A DNA stretch of 57,042 nt from Parcubacteria group bacterium LiPW_30 (GCA_007375595.1 VMEP01000001.1:623089-680130); one strand, 5' to 3'; counted from the first letter of the stretch, positions 25,053 through 35,283 are shown. Made by a program: numbers and translations. The notes: a model not told the origin generated them from the letters alone.

Positions 25053-27398
25053 CTACCTTACCTGCCAACCCTCCTTACTATTAAGAGCGTTTGTTACGCG
25101 ATTCATAATTTCATCAAGTTCTATGTCACTAAGTGTTTTTTCTTGGGATAAAAATACTAGATGGAAAGCGTAAGAAATTTTGCTATCCTTTTCGAATTTA
25201 TCAAACATCTCTATTCGCGTAAGTAAACTACCTGCTTCACTTTTAATAATTTCTTTTACAGCATCTTCTCCTGTTCCACTACCCACAAACACCGCAATAT
25301 CACGAAGCGCAAATGGATAAGGAGAAACTGTTTTATAACTAGAGCCTAGCAAAAACTGGTAAGTCAAAACTTCATGTTCTTTAGGTTCTTCAAGTTTTTC
25401 AATTACTGCATCAAAATCAATTTCTGTAATACATGGCTTTTCTTCGCAGGAAACAAACTTTGAAACGTCCACGCCAAAAGTTTCCCCTATTTCTTTAACA
25501 ATGCTTTTTGCTTCCTCCCCAAAATTATCTTTCTTTGTTCCTCCACCCAAAGCAAATGCCAGTTTTTTAATTTCGCTATCTTTAGTAAACACATTGCCAA
25601 ATTCAAAAATCTTAATTACCTTCTGCCCAAGAAGCGGAGCATTGTGAACATTTAATTTAAGAGATTCTTCCATCCCTTTTCGTAAACTTACGCGTAATTT
25701 TTCCTTATCTCCTGCAAGACCTTTTATAATTGAAACTTCACCCTCACTTCCAAAGGTGTATGTCATTACCTCAGAAAATCCGTGATTGAGCAATATTTCA
25801 CGAACCTTATCCTCGTAAAACAAGCGTTTATGAACCAAACCAACCCGAGAAAGTTTTGGTAGTACAGGAACTAATTTTTCATAACCCAAAATACGTCCTA
25901 TTTCTTCTGCAAGATCCTCTTTGATACGAATATCTAAACGCTCAGAAGGAACATTTACCACGTATCTCTCTTCTTTTAAATTTTCCACCACTCTCCCATA
26001 TCCAACTATTTTTCTTGTTGCCGAAAACTCCTCCATACTTTCCACAACGACTTTCCCGTGCACTCTTGTTGAGTGAACGATTTTGCCACCACCTAAATAC
26101 ATACCAACATGATCAACCCCCTCAGGAACTTTAGTTCCTCTTAAAAATTCTACTGATTCAAAATAAATTTTTCCTTCGCCAGAATTCGCAAACACTAAAT
26201 CTCCAAACCTTAATTCTTCTAATTTTACTCTTTCCGAAAAAACATATTTATCAACGGAAATACTCGGCATCCAAATACCTTTATATAAATAACTAATCAA
26301 AGAAGAACAATTAAAGGCGTGTGGAGCATCTTCGCGCATACTTGAAGGGTTTTTGTATGGCACCCCAACAACAGCCTTATACGTTTCTGTTATATAATTT
26401 TCAGGAATTATTTTTTCAAAAGAAAAAGAAAGTCTTCTAAGGGTGCTTTCAACATCGTTATTGGTATATGTTGTACCTAGAATCATATTCAGTTCGGAAA
26501 GCGAAATTCCCACATGATATTTAGTATCCTTGCGAAGATACACATCTGTTGCGACACTCCCTTCCACATCTTTACATAACTCCTTAATTAAATTCGCCGT
26601 CATATATAAACCTTCTTCTATAAGAGAGTTTGCAATACCATTTTCAAAACGCTTGGATGCGTCTGTGTGGAGGTCATACCTTTGTGAGGTCTTCCTAATT
26701 AAACTTGGATTGAAGTTGGCACTTTCAAGAATAATACTTGTTGTGTCTTCATTTATACCACTATGTTTTCCGCCCTTTATTCCAGCAAGACCGAGAGATT
26801 TTTCTTCATCGGCAATCACAAGAGTTTTCTCATCAAGTGCCAGTTCTTTGTCGTCGAGTGTAGTAAGCACTTCTCCACTCTTCGCAAAACGAGTGGCGAG
26901 CGTTCCTTTTATACTCCTTGTGTCATAAGCGTGCATTGGCTTATTAAGCGCGAATTGCACGTAATTAGTCGCATCAACGATGTTGTTTATACTTCTCTGC
27001 CCTATTGCCTCAAGGCGCGTTTTTAACCACTCTGGGCTTTCCTCGACAACAACACCGTCAATCCTCATGCTCATAAATCGTGAACAAAATTTAGCATCAT
27101 TAACGGAAAGCACAGGAGCAGGAACTAAAGAATTAGTAAAATCATCTCGTTTTTCAACACGTGAATCTTCTTTAAAAGTAAGTCCTAAATCAGCACATAA
27201 TTCACGGGCCATACCACGGTGTCCTAGTGCATCGTGTGCGCGATTTGGAAGAACTTTAATATCGTAAACAGTGTCATTAGGTAAAGAAGTAACCTCTTCT
27301 ACTTCAAACGATTTTTTATTTAAGGTATCAACAACAACCTCATTTTCGGGAAGAGTTTCAACAATATAATCTTGTAGCCATTGTTTAGAGAATTTCAT
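25053..27398 (-). CDS. pheT: phenylalanine--tRNA ligase beta subunit lacking B2, with an NlpC/P60 domain inserted in B5
   Basis: PNRAHD..RGMARE, B3/4 ESANF, B5 split around an insert and resuming at VPSERLDI..EDLAEEIGRI, C-terminal FDX-ACB RDIAV. Confidence 0.93.
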   Translation of the reverse strand: MKFSKQWLQDYIVETLPENEVVVDTLNKKSFEVEEVTSLPNDTVYDIKVLPNRAHDALGHRGMARELCADLGLTFKEDSRVEKRDDFTNSLVPAPVLSVNDAKFCSRFMSMRIDGVVVEESPEWLKTRLEAIGQRSINNIVDATNYVQFALNKPMHAYDTRSIKGTLATRFAKSGEVLTTLDDKELALDEKTLVIADEEKSLGLAGIKGGKHSGINEDTTSIILESANFNPSLIRKTSQRYDLHTDASKRFENGIANSLIEEGLYMTANLIKELCKDVEGSVATDVYLRKDTKYHVGISLSELNMILGTTYTNNDVESTLRRLSFSFEKIIPENYITETYKAVVGVPYKNPSSMREDAPHAFNCSSLISYLYKGIWMPSISVDKYVFSERVKLEELRFGDLVFANSGEGKIYFESVEFLRGTKVPEGVDHVGMYLGGGKIVHSTRVHGKVVVESMEEFSATRKIVGYGRVVENLKEERYVVNVPSERLDIRIKEDLAEEIGRILGYEKLVPVLPKLSRVGLVHKRLFYEDKVREILLNHGFSEVMTYTFGSEGEVSIIKGLAGDKEKLRVSLRKGMEESLKLNVHNAPLLGQKVIKIFEFGNVFTKDSEIKKLAFALGGGTKKDNFGEEAKSIVKEIGETFGVDVSKFVSCEEKPCITEIDFDAVIEKLEEPKEHEVLTYQFLLGSSYKTVSPYPFALRDIAVFVGSGTGEDAVKEIIKSEAGSLLTRIEMFDKFEKDSKISYAFHLVFLSQEKTLSDIELDEIMNRVTNALNSKEGWQVR

Positions 27399-28234
27399 AT
27401 GTGTTTTGAAATAATGCTCGACAATTCTTTATGATGGTTTGTAAATGTATGACTACAATTTACCAATTTATAACCAGTAAAATCTAACAGGGTATCTTTA
27501 AGAAGATTCATTGCGACGTCTATTGGAACAATCGTCCATTCCTCATGCTCATCGTCTCCAATAATACCAATAACTGGTATGGTAATATCTTTCAAGTGCT
27601 CAAGATTGCCAGAGGCAAAAGGCAATGCTTGTTTAAATTTATTGTCACTACCATAAAAGTCAATGTATGATTGCGCAGACATTGGAATTTCTCCCGAATG
27701 TACCGGCAATCCGGACGAAAGTAATCTTTGTCCAAAACTTTGTTCTACTAAATTATTTGCTTCTTCCATAAAATCAAAATCATTTTTCTTAAGATACCTC
27801 TCTTGGGAACCAAAACTATCCGAGAAACCAAGAAGAAACAACTTTGTTACCTTATTTTTATAATTCCCGTTTTTACTATAATAAGCAACCTTTTCAGACC
27901 CCAGAGAATGCCCCGAAAGAATAATAGATTCATATCCATTATCTAACGCAAACTTTATCCAAGCATCAATATCAAATACACTGTCCTCAAATTTCTCTAC
28001 TGCTGCGCCAGACTGTTGCCAGGCCTCAAGTAAGTATGCTCCTCGGTTGTTTACAAATAAGCTGTCAATATTTTTCAAACCAAGAACTTCCATTATTTCT
28101 TGTTCATACCCTTCCATATAAAAACTAGAGCCAGTCCCATGGGTATGTAAAAACATGGCCTTGCTATGATTTATATCATTCATCATCCCATAAAGCTCGA
28201 GCCCATCTTTTGTTATAACAGAGACAATTTTCAT
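27395..28234 (-). CDS. alpha/beta hydrolase (DUF1749-like)
   Basis: HTHGTGSSFY, nucleophile elbow SGHSLG, late D and H (DDEH, HTF); ATGA overlap with pheT. Confidence 0.8.
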   Translation of the reverse strand: MKIVSVITKDGLELYGMMNDINHSKAMFLHTHGTGSSFYMEGYEQEIMEVLGLKNIDSLFVNNRGAYLLEAWQQSGAAVEKFEDSVFDIDAWIKFALDNGYESIILSGHSLGSEKVAYYSKNGNYKNKVTKLFLLGFSDSFGSQERYLKKNDFDFMEEANNLVEQSFGQRLLSSGLPVHSGEIPMSAQSYIDFYGSDNKFKQALPFASGNLEHLKDITIPVIGIIGDDEHEEWTIVPIDVAMNLLKDTLLDFTGYKLVNCSHTFTNHHKELSSIISKHI

Positions 28235-28236
28235 GT

Positions 28237-29064
28237 TTAAAATTGATTAACCACCCGAAGATCACCATTGTATAAAAGACGTACGTCGTCAATTCCGTAT
28301 TTAAGCATCACCATTCTGTCTATTCCGCAACCAAAAGCAAAACCGCGGTATTCGCGAGGATTAATACCACCCGCTTCAAGCACGCGAGGATGAACCATTC
28401 CTGCGCCACCTATTTCTATCCAGCCTGTTTGTTTGCAAATATTACATCCACTTCCTTTACACTTAAAACACTGCATATCAAATTCATTGCCGGGTTCAAC
28501 GAAAGGAAAGTACGACGAACGAAGTCTAATTACAATATCTGTTTCAAAAAATTCTGAAAAAAGTTTCTGCATTACCCCAACCATCATTGAAAGAGATGAG
28601 TCTTTAGCAACATAAAAACCTTCAATTTGATAAAACTGCGCTTCGTGTGTCGCATCTGTTGCTTCATTACGAAAAACTTTTCCAGGACAACAAATTGCGA
28701 GTGGAAAATCGCGACCTTCCGCCACATACTTTTCCATCGCCCGAATCTGCATGTTGCTTGTATGAGTGCGAAGAACATATCCGACATCTTCGCCATACTT
28801 ATTTTTACTCCTCATGTCTTTAATCCAAAAAGTATCCTGCATATCGCGAGCTGGGTGATCACCAGGAACGTTTAGTGCGTCAAAGTTGTGCCACTCATTT
28901 TCAAGCTCTGGACCATCAACAGTATCAAACCCCATTCTTGAGAAAATGCTTGAAATACGATTAATTGCAATAGTTATCGGGTGTATATGTCCTAAACCAA
29001 GCTTTGCTTGGTCGGGCGAACTTCCGTTAGGAAGTTTTAGTCCTCTTTCTTCCTGAGATAGCAT
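28237..29064 (-). CDS. pheS: phenylalanine--tRNA ligase alpha subunit, short form
   Basis: HPARDMQDTF, LRTHTS, FRNE..DATH, YFPFVEP, GFAFGCGIDR; lacks the N-terminal coiled-coil arm. Confidence 0.97.
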   Translation of the reverse strand: MLSQEERGLKLPNGSSPDQAKLGLGHIHPITIAINRISSIFSRMGFDTVDGPELENEWHNFDALNVPGDHPARDMQDTFWIKDMRSKNKYGEDVGYVLRTHTSNMQIRAMEKYVAEGRDFPLAICCPGKVFRNEATDATHEAQFYQIEGFYVAKDSSLSMMVGVMQKLFSEFFETDIVIRLRSSYFPFVEPGNEFDMQCFKCKGSGCNICKQTGWIEIGGAGMVHPRVLEAGGINPREYRGFAFGCGIDRMVMLKYGIDDVRLLYNGDLRVVNQF

Positions 29065-29106
29065 AATTCTTTGATTATAGCCAAATAGAGTCGTTAGACA
29101 AAGTTT

Positions 29107-30045
29107 TTAGGGCAGTTCTAGGCTATAAAACCGTCCCTCCTTGTTTTTTATAAAATATTCCCCATTTGAAGATATTCTAATTTTTGACTGAGGGTCGATA
29201 AAAACGGGACGTAAATCTTCCATTTTTGAACCGACATTTAATTGTAGTGCGAATATTCCAGATGGCATTTCCATCAAAACAACATCAGTTCTTCCTGGGT
29301 AAAATTCAATATTTGAAATCTTTTCATCACTTCTAAAGATAGCCGTTGTTGTGGCAACAGTAGAAGTGGAAACGTGGAAAAAATATGGGGCATCTGAAAC
29401 ATTTCCTATCCAAGAAGCCAACACAACATTCTCTTTTAAATACACGATACTTTTACCAGAAACTAAAATATCATCTGCTTTGTCGATACTAAACTTCTCG
29501 TAAATATTTTCCATTGCCAAAATCTCTTTCTTTTCTTCGGCTTTAGTTAGCTTCTTTTTTTCAAAAAGTGCCTTCACCTCTAAATACTCTGTAGTACTTG
29601 TTGCAATTTTTATCGTTTCTTTTGTTGTCGTCGAAACAATATCTTTTGGTTTACTAAACTGAGTAATCTCTTTTAAAACAAATTTCTCGGGAGAAAGAAA
29701 AGAATAATTTTCGGTAACGATTTTAGGATAGACAACTATATTTTTTTTCCAAGAATAATATCCCTCTTTTTTAACTTCTATAGAATAAGAACCAACCTTT
29801 AAATCTTGAACAAAAAATGATCTAGATAAAAACCCAAGCGTGTCATTAAACTTACCGTTTATATATAAACTGGACCCCGAAGGACTTAGGTAGACTGATA
29901 TTCCACCAGTTTTAGATATTATCCCCTCACCAAATCTATAGCCAGTGGTATATAAAACCAAAACAGGGACAGCTATCAAAAAAATAACAATGGATAGGTA
30001 AAAAAATATATTCCTGCTTTTAACTGAAAGTGGTTTTATCGGCAT
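29107..30045 (-). CDS. membrane-anchored PEGA-domain protein
   Basis: N-terminal TM helix, then GGISVYLSPSGSSLYING...GSYSIEVKKEGYYSW. Confidence 0.8.
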   Translation of the reverse strand: MPIKPLSVKSRNIFFYLSIVIFLIAVPVLVLYTTGYRFGEGIISKTGGISVYLSPSGSSLYINGKFNDTLGFLSRSFFVQDLKVGSYSIEVKKEGYYSWKKNIVVYPKIVTENYSFLSPEKFVLKEITQFSKPKDIVSTTTKETIKIATSTTEYLEVKALFEKKKLTKAEEKKEILAMENIYEKFSIDKADDILVSGKSIVYLKENVVLASWIGNVSDAPYFFHVSTSTVATTTAIFRSDEKISNIEFYPGRTDVVLMEMPSGIFALQLNVGSKMEDLRPVFIDPQSKIRISSNGEYFIKNKEGRFYSLELP

Positions 30046-30048
30046 GTT

Positions 30049-31662
30049 TTAAATGTTAACATTTTTTGTCTTACTAAAAACATTTATTTCTCCACGGTGT
30101 TTAGGTGTGACCCAAAATCCCATATAGCGACCGAGCATCAATCTTGTTTGAGCCTCAAGACCTGGGATAGCGCCAAATATTGTTATCGTAACTGGAACTA
30201 AAACCCATTGAATAATCATGAAAAAATTATCTCTCCATGTCCTATTTGAGGGCCTTGGTGGTAGGAAAGAATAAGAAATTGCTGCTGTAAGAAAAAGACC
30301 GAGCATTGAGAGGACCATTAAATCTCTCGTGATTATTGGAAGATTATAAGAAAGAATTGTTTGGTTAAAAATACTTCCACCAATCATTACCGGCAACCAA
30401 CCAAGCAAGAATATTATTAGTGGGTTTGTTGAAAGCGACCAATACCCTTCAAGTTGAACCAAAGAAATTTTTATTTTTTGAGCCAAAGGAATCCTTTTAT
30501 TCTTAAGAAAATTCATAAGAATGTAAGGAACGTTTTCTGACCCATAAGCCCAACGACGATGTTGTTTGTAAACATTCTTCATTGTCTGCCACAGGGTTGG
30601 CGCTAAATTGGCGTCCATAGAAACAGGATATGCAATTGAAACTATTTCGTAATTACCATCATGTGCGACCAAAAGATTCCAGAAAATTCTCGAATCTTCA
30701 GAAACCATATTCTTCTGCCAATACCCTGCTTCATAAAGAGTTTTAAACGAAACAGCGTGAGATGAGAAGGTAACAAGTTTTTCCGGCCTTTCCTGTTGAA
30801 TCATTTGCCAAAAAGTAGAAGACATCGCAGCAACACGAGAAGGAGCAGGTGCGTCCCAGATATTATTGTTATACAAAGGAACTGGCTGGAAAGATGATTG
30901 ATATGGTCTTTCGCAAGTCAAAAAATGCCAAGTAAGACATGTGAAATAATTCGGATAAACCACTGTGTCACTATCAAAGGCAGATACTAAAACATCTTCG
31001 TAAGAAATATTTTTTTTGTCTAAAATTAGTTTACGGGCTGTTTCGGCCATATAAGATATATTTGACCCCTTACCCGCCATCTCACCTAAAACCCCGTCCG
31101 GATGAACTGTGAGCAAAACATCATAAAACTTGTCTTTATATTTTGAGATAATTGCCTCCCCCCGAGCAATCGCCTCTTTACCTGCCTTCTCTTCCGCCCC
31201 CAAAACAACAATAAGCTTCTTTAAGTCATAGTTTGATTCAAACAATTTCTCAACAGTATTATTAAGGACTTGTTCACTCTCATCATAATAAGGAAGAACA
31301 ATCATGTGATAAACATGTTCATACTTAAGATTAGAAAGCATTAGGGGCCAATCCGCTTTTAAGTTGTGCTTAATCCTTTTCCAATTATAACGAAGATGGT
31401 AAGAAAGGTGGGCTGTTTTCAAAACCCAATACACATCAAACGCAATAATAAATATTGCCGCCACCGTTGGTGCAAAAATGGAAAAAATGATTATAGCTAG
31501 AATTGTCCCCCAAGCCATAAGCCCAGGAATCATTTCAAGAAATCTATAAAGACGATAGTCTTCTTTAGAAAGATCGGTGGCGCGACCCACATGAAAATAA
31601 GGAGTATTAATCGACTCCTTATTCACCAAAGAAATATTAAGTTTTTTTTCTTCTCCTTCCAT
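30049..31662 (-). CDS. GT2 processive glycosyltransferase (integral membrane)
   Basis: FDSD, SED and QHRRW motifs with flanking TM helices. Confidence 0.85.
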   Translation of the reverse strand: MEGEEKKLNISLVNKESINTPYFHVGRATDLSKEDYRLYRFLEMIPGLMAWGTILAIIIFSIFAPTVAAIFIIAFDVYWVLKTAHLSYHLRYNWKRIKHNLKADWPLMLSNLKYEHVYHMIVLPYYDESEQVLNNTVEKLFESNYDLKKLIVVLGAEEKAGKEAIARGEAIISKYKDKFYDVLLTVHPDGVLGEMAGKGSNISYMAETARKLILDKKNISYEDVLVSAFDSDTVVYPNYFTCLTWHFLTCERPYQSSFQPVPLYNNNIWDAPAPSRVAAMSSTFWQMIQQERPEKLVTFSSHAVSFKTLYEAGYWQKNMVSEDSRIFWNLLVAHDGNYEIVSIAYPVSMDANLAPTLWQTMKNVYKQHRRWAYGSENVPYILMNFLKNKRIPLAQKIKISLVQLEGYWSLSTNPLIIFLLGWLPVMIGGSIFNQTILSYNLPIITRDLMVLSMLGLFLTAAISYSFLPPRPSNRTWRDNFFMIIQWVLVPVTITIFGAIPGLEAQTRLMLGRYMGFWVTPKHRGEINVFSKTKNVNI

Positions 31663-31708
31663 ATTTACAGTCTATCGTGCAGGACTGATTCTGCTTGATA
31701 GATATACT

Positions 31709-31783
31709 TGGAGCCGCCTCTCGGATTTGAACCGAGGACCCTCGCTTTACAAAAGCGACGCTCTACCACTGAGCTAAGGCGGC
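31709..31783 (-). tRNA. tRNA-Thr(TGT)
   Basis: GCCGCCT/AGGCGGC acceptor stem, anticodon arm tcgct-tttgtaa-agcga, GGTTCAAATCC T-loop, encoded CCA; 75 nt. Confidence 0.95.
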
Positions 31784-31901
31784 TAATACAATTTTCTCAA
31801 ATTGTACGCCCGTCCACCTTGAAAGCAAGGTGGTTTAGGGCTAATACAATCTGTTCCAGATTGTTCGTCCGAACATTTTGTCATACAAAATGTTTTAGAG
31901 C
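31781..31901. repeat. modular palindromic repeat, family F/G, copy F
   Basis: ggctaatacaattttctcaaattgtacgccc and ccgaacattttgtcatacaaaat recur inverted at 36753-36848. Confidence 0.85.
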
Positions 31902-31908
31902 AATTTAA

Positions 31909-32307
31909 CTAAACTATTTTATCAACTCCCCCATTCCTGAAACTATCCTTATGTGCAGATATGTCTTTCAAGAAAAAAGAAGCGGTACCTCTTTCACTAT
32001 CTCCGTTATTGGTTGATGGGATGGACATTGAAAAATGTTCTACTCTTTCATCAATAAACTTCTTTGCTATATGGTAAAAATTTACCAAAACACGAGAAGC
32101 AACAACAGAAACTTTTTGTAATTTACCAAGAACAAACGATGAGGTTTTATCAAAAGTTTTCTCCCAATCAACAACTGAAAAAATCTCGCTTATTTCATAT
32201 TCCTCTTCTGCCACCACCCTACCTCTCCTTATGTTCCATACCCTAACAAAAACCATGCCGGAAATTGCTACTGCAAAAACTAGTGAAAATATGAATGGTA
32301 AAAACAT
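31909..32307 (-). CDS. hypothetical membrane protein
   Basis: N-terminal TM helix, SFFLKDI motif near the C-terminus; co-oriented after tsf. Confidence 0.75.
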   Translation of the reverse strand: MFLPFIFSLVFAVAISGMVFVRVWNIRRGRVVAEEEYEISEIFSVVDWEKTFDKTSSFVLGKLQKVSVVASRVLVNFYHIAKKFIDERVEHFSMSIPSTNNGDSERGTASFFLKDISAHKDSFRNGGVDKIV

Positions 32308-32321
32308 ACTATATCAATATA

Positions 32322-32915
32322 CTACCTATCTGAAGAGAAACGTGCAAAGCGGGATATCTCAATCCTCTCTCCAAACTTCTGAATAGCTTCATCTACCAAG
32401 GCCCCAACCGTAACATCACCATTTTTCACAAACGGCTGTTCAAGCAAGGCACGCTCTGCAAAGTAAGTATTCAACTTACCTAAAACAACCTTCTCCTTAA
32501 TAGCTGGGTCAGTTTTACCAGAAGCCTCCGCCTCTTCTTCAAAAACCTTTTTTAAGTCATTAACCGTCTCTTCTGAAACCTCATCACGGCTAACAAATTC
32601 TGGGTTTGCCGCGGCAATATGCATCGCTATATCATAAGCAAGTTTTTTAAACTCTTCGTTTTTAGAAACGAAATCAGTTTCAGAAGAAAGCAAAACCATT
32701 GAACCAACCGCACCACCTAAGTGGATATAAGATTGAATCGTCCCAGAACCCAATGTTCTGTCACCTTTCTTACCAGCAATATCTTTACTTTTACGTTTCA
32801 AGATTTCAATTGCCTTATCTTTGTCTCCTTGAGCTTCCTCTAGAGCTTTTTTACACTGCATAACAGACACACCGGTCATGTCACGCAATTCCTTAACTTG
32901 ATCCATCGTTACCAT
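32322..32915 (-). CDS. tsf: elongation factor Ts (short form)
   Basis: VKELRDMTGVSVMQCKKAL, ETDFVSKN, LLEQPFVK. Confidence 0.96.
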   Translation of the reverse strand: MVTMDQVKELRDMTGVSVMQCKKALEEAQGDKDKAIEILKRKSKDIAGKKGDRTLGSGTIQSYIHLGGAVGSMVLLSSETDFVSKNEEFKKLAYDIAMHIAAANPEFVSRDEVSEETVNDLKKVFEEEAEASGKTDPAIKEKVVLGKLNTYFAERALLEQPFVKNGDVTVGALVDEAIQKFGERIEISRFARFSSDR

Positions 32916-32945
32916 GGTTTAAATAAAGAGCTTATGAATAAATTA

Positions 32946-33656
32946 CTAAACAACCTCACGCATTGACATACCTTCTTGGTATGCATTCACAATGCTCTCA
33001 ACAAAAAGCTGGATGCTTGAAGTTGAGGCGTCATTACCAACAATTGGGTATGTAATAACAGAAACGTCACAATCAGAGTTTGAAAGACTAATAACTGGAA
33101 CCTTAACATTTTTTGCTTCTGCTATCGCAATTGCCTCTTTCTTAGAATCAATAACAAACATTGCGCCTGGTATGCTCTTTAGAGAAATCAAACCAAAAAA
33201 ATATCGGTTTAATCTTCCAAGTTCTAGGTCAATAACTAAACGTTCCTTTTTTGTGTAGCGAGCGATTGTCCCCTTTTCTTTTTCATCATTAATCTGCAAA
33301 AGTCTCTCAACGCGTTTTCTGATTTCTGAAAGGTTGGTCAAGGTACCGCCAAGCCAGCGCTCTGTAACAAACGGCATATCAATTGACTGCGCTGCTTCTT
33401 TTACAATATCTCGTGCTTCTGGCTTAGAACCAACAAAAATTATTTGCTTACCCTGTTTACCTAGTTCTCTAACAAAGTCACATGCTGTTTCAAGCATTTG
33501 GCTAGTTTTTTCAAGGTCTATAACATCAGAGTGATTTTTTGACCCTAAGAGTGATTTCTTAATTGAGGGATGGCGTCTCGTACGAGAATAACCAAAATGA
33601 GCCCCTGCCTTAAGCAATGCTTCCATGTTTGGTGTTTCTTTAGTATTTTTCTGCAT
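32946..33656 (-). CDS. rpsB: 30S ribosomal protein S2
   Basis: LLKAGAHFG, ERWLGGTLTN, PIVGND. Confidence 0.97.
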   Translation of the reverse strand: MQKNTKETPNMEALLKAGAHFGYSRTRRHPSIKKSLLGSKNHSDVIDLEKTSQMLETACDFVRELGKQGKQIIFVGSKPEARDIVKEAAQSIDMPFVTERWLGGTLTNLSEIRKRVERLLQINDEKEKGTIARYTKKERLVIDLELGRLNRYFFGLISLKSIPGAMFVIDSKKEAIAIAEAKNVKVPVISLSNSDCDVSVITYPIVGNDASTSSIQLFVESIVNAYQEGMSMREVV

Positions 33657-33842
33657 ATTTATATATTTATCCCGTTAGAAGTTATCATCTTAGTCGTTTT
33701 TAACAAAAAAAGAAAGCCGCAAGGCGATTCCCGTAGGTTAAAACGCTATATATACAACAAAACCAGCCGAACTTCTAATGGGACTATACTAACAAAAAGC
33801 TCTGTTTGAAGCAACCCACAAGCCCCAACAGTCCAATATTGA

Positions 33843-34832
33843 TTATTCTTCATCCCCACCGCTTTCCCCCACAGCCGGTAATACCCCCTCAAATTTTTCA
33901 AATGTCCTTATGATTGGATCGAGATTGCCAGCCAATATTCCTTCAATATTGTGCCACGTCTGCTTAATACGATGGTCAGTAACACGATCTTGAAGAACAT
34001 TGTATGTGCGAATTTTTTCAGAACGATCGCGTGTCCCGATTTGGCTCTTTTTTTCAGCAGAAAGTTTATTAAATTCTTCTTCTTCCTTCAACATTGAAAG
34101 GCGCGCTGAAAGCATCTCAAAAGCTTTTTCACGGTTTTTTAATTGACTTCTCTCGCTCTGACAACGCACCGCAACTCCCGTTGGTTTGTGGATGAGACGA
34201 ACGGCTGTTTCAACTTTATTAACATTCTGCCCTCCGGCACCACCAGAGCGCGAAAGCTCCATCTCCACATCACTTGGAGATATTGTAAAAGAAAAACGAG
34301 TACGTATAGGTAAGACAGAAACAGAGGCTGTCGATGTGTGTACTCGGCCAGATTTTTCTGTCGCAGGAATTCTTTGAACTCGATGAACTCCTGTTTCAAA
34401 CTGAAGCGCTTCATAAGCCCCCTTACCTTTTATCTCAAAAGACGCCTCCTTATAACCACCAAGCTCGCTTCTTGATTCATCAAGTCTCGTCACCGACCAA
34501 TTACGTGATTCGGCATACCTCTGATACATGACAGTAAGTTCTTCTGCGAAAAGTGCAGCCTCTTCCCCTCCCGCTCCAGCGTACACCTCTAAAATAGCTC
34601 CTGTTGGTTTGGCAACTTCCTCTTTTTCTGAATCAAAAATTGTTTCTATTTGTTTTTCTATTGTTTCTTTTTGCTCACTAATTCTTTTTAATTCTTCCTC
34701 TCCTAGTTCATGAACCGAAGGGTCGTGCTCAACCATTGAGCGAACCTCTTCTTCCTCTTTAAGCAATTGTTCAAACTGTGTCGCAAGATATGCGGTTTTA
34801 GAGTTTTTTTTCCAGCTTTCAAGATCTTGCAT
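33843..34832 (-). CDS. prfA: peptide chain release factor 1
   Basis: [18 protein letters not shown] (PxT), [20 protein letters not shown]. Confidence 0.95.
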   Translation of the reverse strand: MQDLESWKKNSKTAYLATQFEQLLKEEEEVRSMVEHDPSVHELGEEELKRISEQKETIEKQIETIFDSEKEEVAKPTGAILEVYAGAGGEEAALFAEELTVMYQRYAESRNWSVTRLDESRSELGGYKEASFEIKGKGAYEALQFETGVHRVQRIPATEKSGRVHTSTASVSVLPIRTRFSFTISPSDVEMELSRSGGAGGQNVNKVETAVRLIHKPTGVAVRCQSERSQLKNREKAFEMLSARLSMLKEEEEFNKLSAEKKSQIGTRDRSEKIRTYNVLQDRVTDHRIKQTWHNIEGILAGNLDPIIRTFEKFEGVLPAVGESGGDEE

Positions 34833-34889
34833 AATTTTGATAGATAAAGAAAAAACAGCAATTATCTCGCTGTTTTTCTTACTGATTAT

Positions 34890-35123
34890 CTAAGACTTCT
34901 TAGCTACTTTCTTAACTGGTTCTGCTGCTGCCCTTCGCTTCTTGAATCTTTCAACGCGACCAGCGGTGTCAATAACTTTTTCGTTGCCTGTATAGAATGG
35001 GTGGCAAGAACTACAAATTTCAACGTTTATCTCTGGCAAGCCAGAAGAAACGACATAAGTCGCTCCACAGGCGCAGGTGGCCTTGATTTCATCATTATAT
35101 TTAGGATGGATATCTTTCTTCAT
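34890..35123 (-). CDS. rpmE: 50S ribosomal protein L31 (Zn-binding type)
   Basis: MKKDIHPKY...CACG...CSSCHPFYTG...GRVERF; true start ATG 35123. Confidence 0.96.
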   Translation of the reverse strand: MKKDIHPKYNDEIKATCACGATYVVSSGLPEINVEICSSCHPFYTGNEKVIDTAGRVERFKKRRAAAEPVKKVAKKS

Positions 35124-35172
35124 AAGCCCGTACTTTACTAGAAAGTCTACTATTTTGCAAACTTTTATTCTA

Positions 35173-35263
35173 TATCTGCTTTTAAAATACACGCCTAATT
35201 TTCTGCTGAAAATTGGCTATACTCGCGCCAGTCGCGCTCCGTAATGTATTTTAAAAGCAGATA
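35173..35263. repeat. TGCT-loop structured repeat, copy B
   Basis: Perfect 18-bp arms tatctgcttttaaaatac/gtattttaaaagcagata around a core with aattttc-tgct-gaaaatt and ctatactcgcgccagtcgcgctccgtaat. Confidence 0.85.
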
Positions 35264-35283
35264 ATGGGGATATTAAAAACAAA

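Noticed and set aside
31709-31901. tRNA-Thr as a prophage or island attachment site
   Set aside because: No integrase and no duplicated tRNA 3' end in the window; the flanking genes look chromosomal.
33657-33790. Possible S2 autoregulatory leader upstream of rpsB
   Set aside because: Only weak stems (gccgcaaggc) are visible, and I could not match the known leader consensus by eye.
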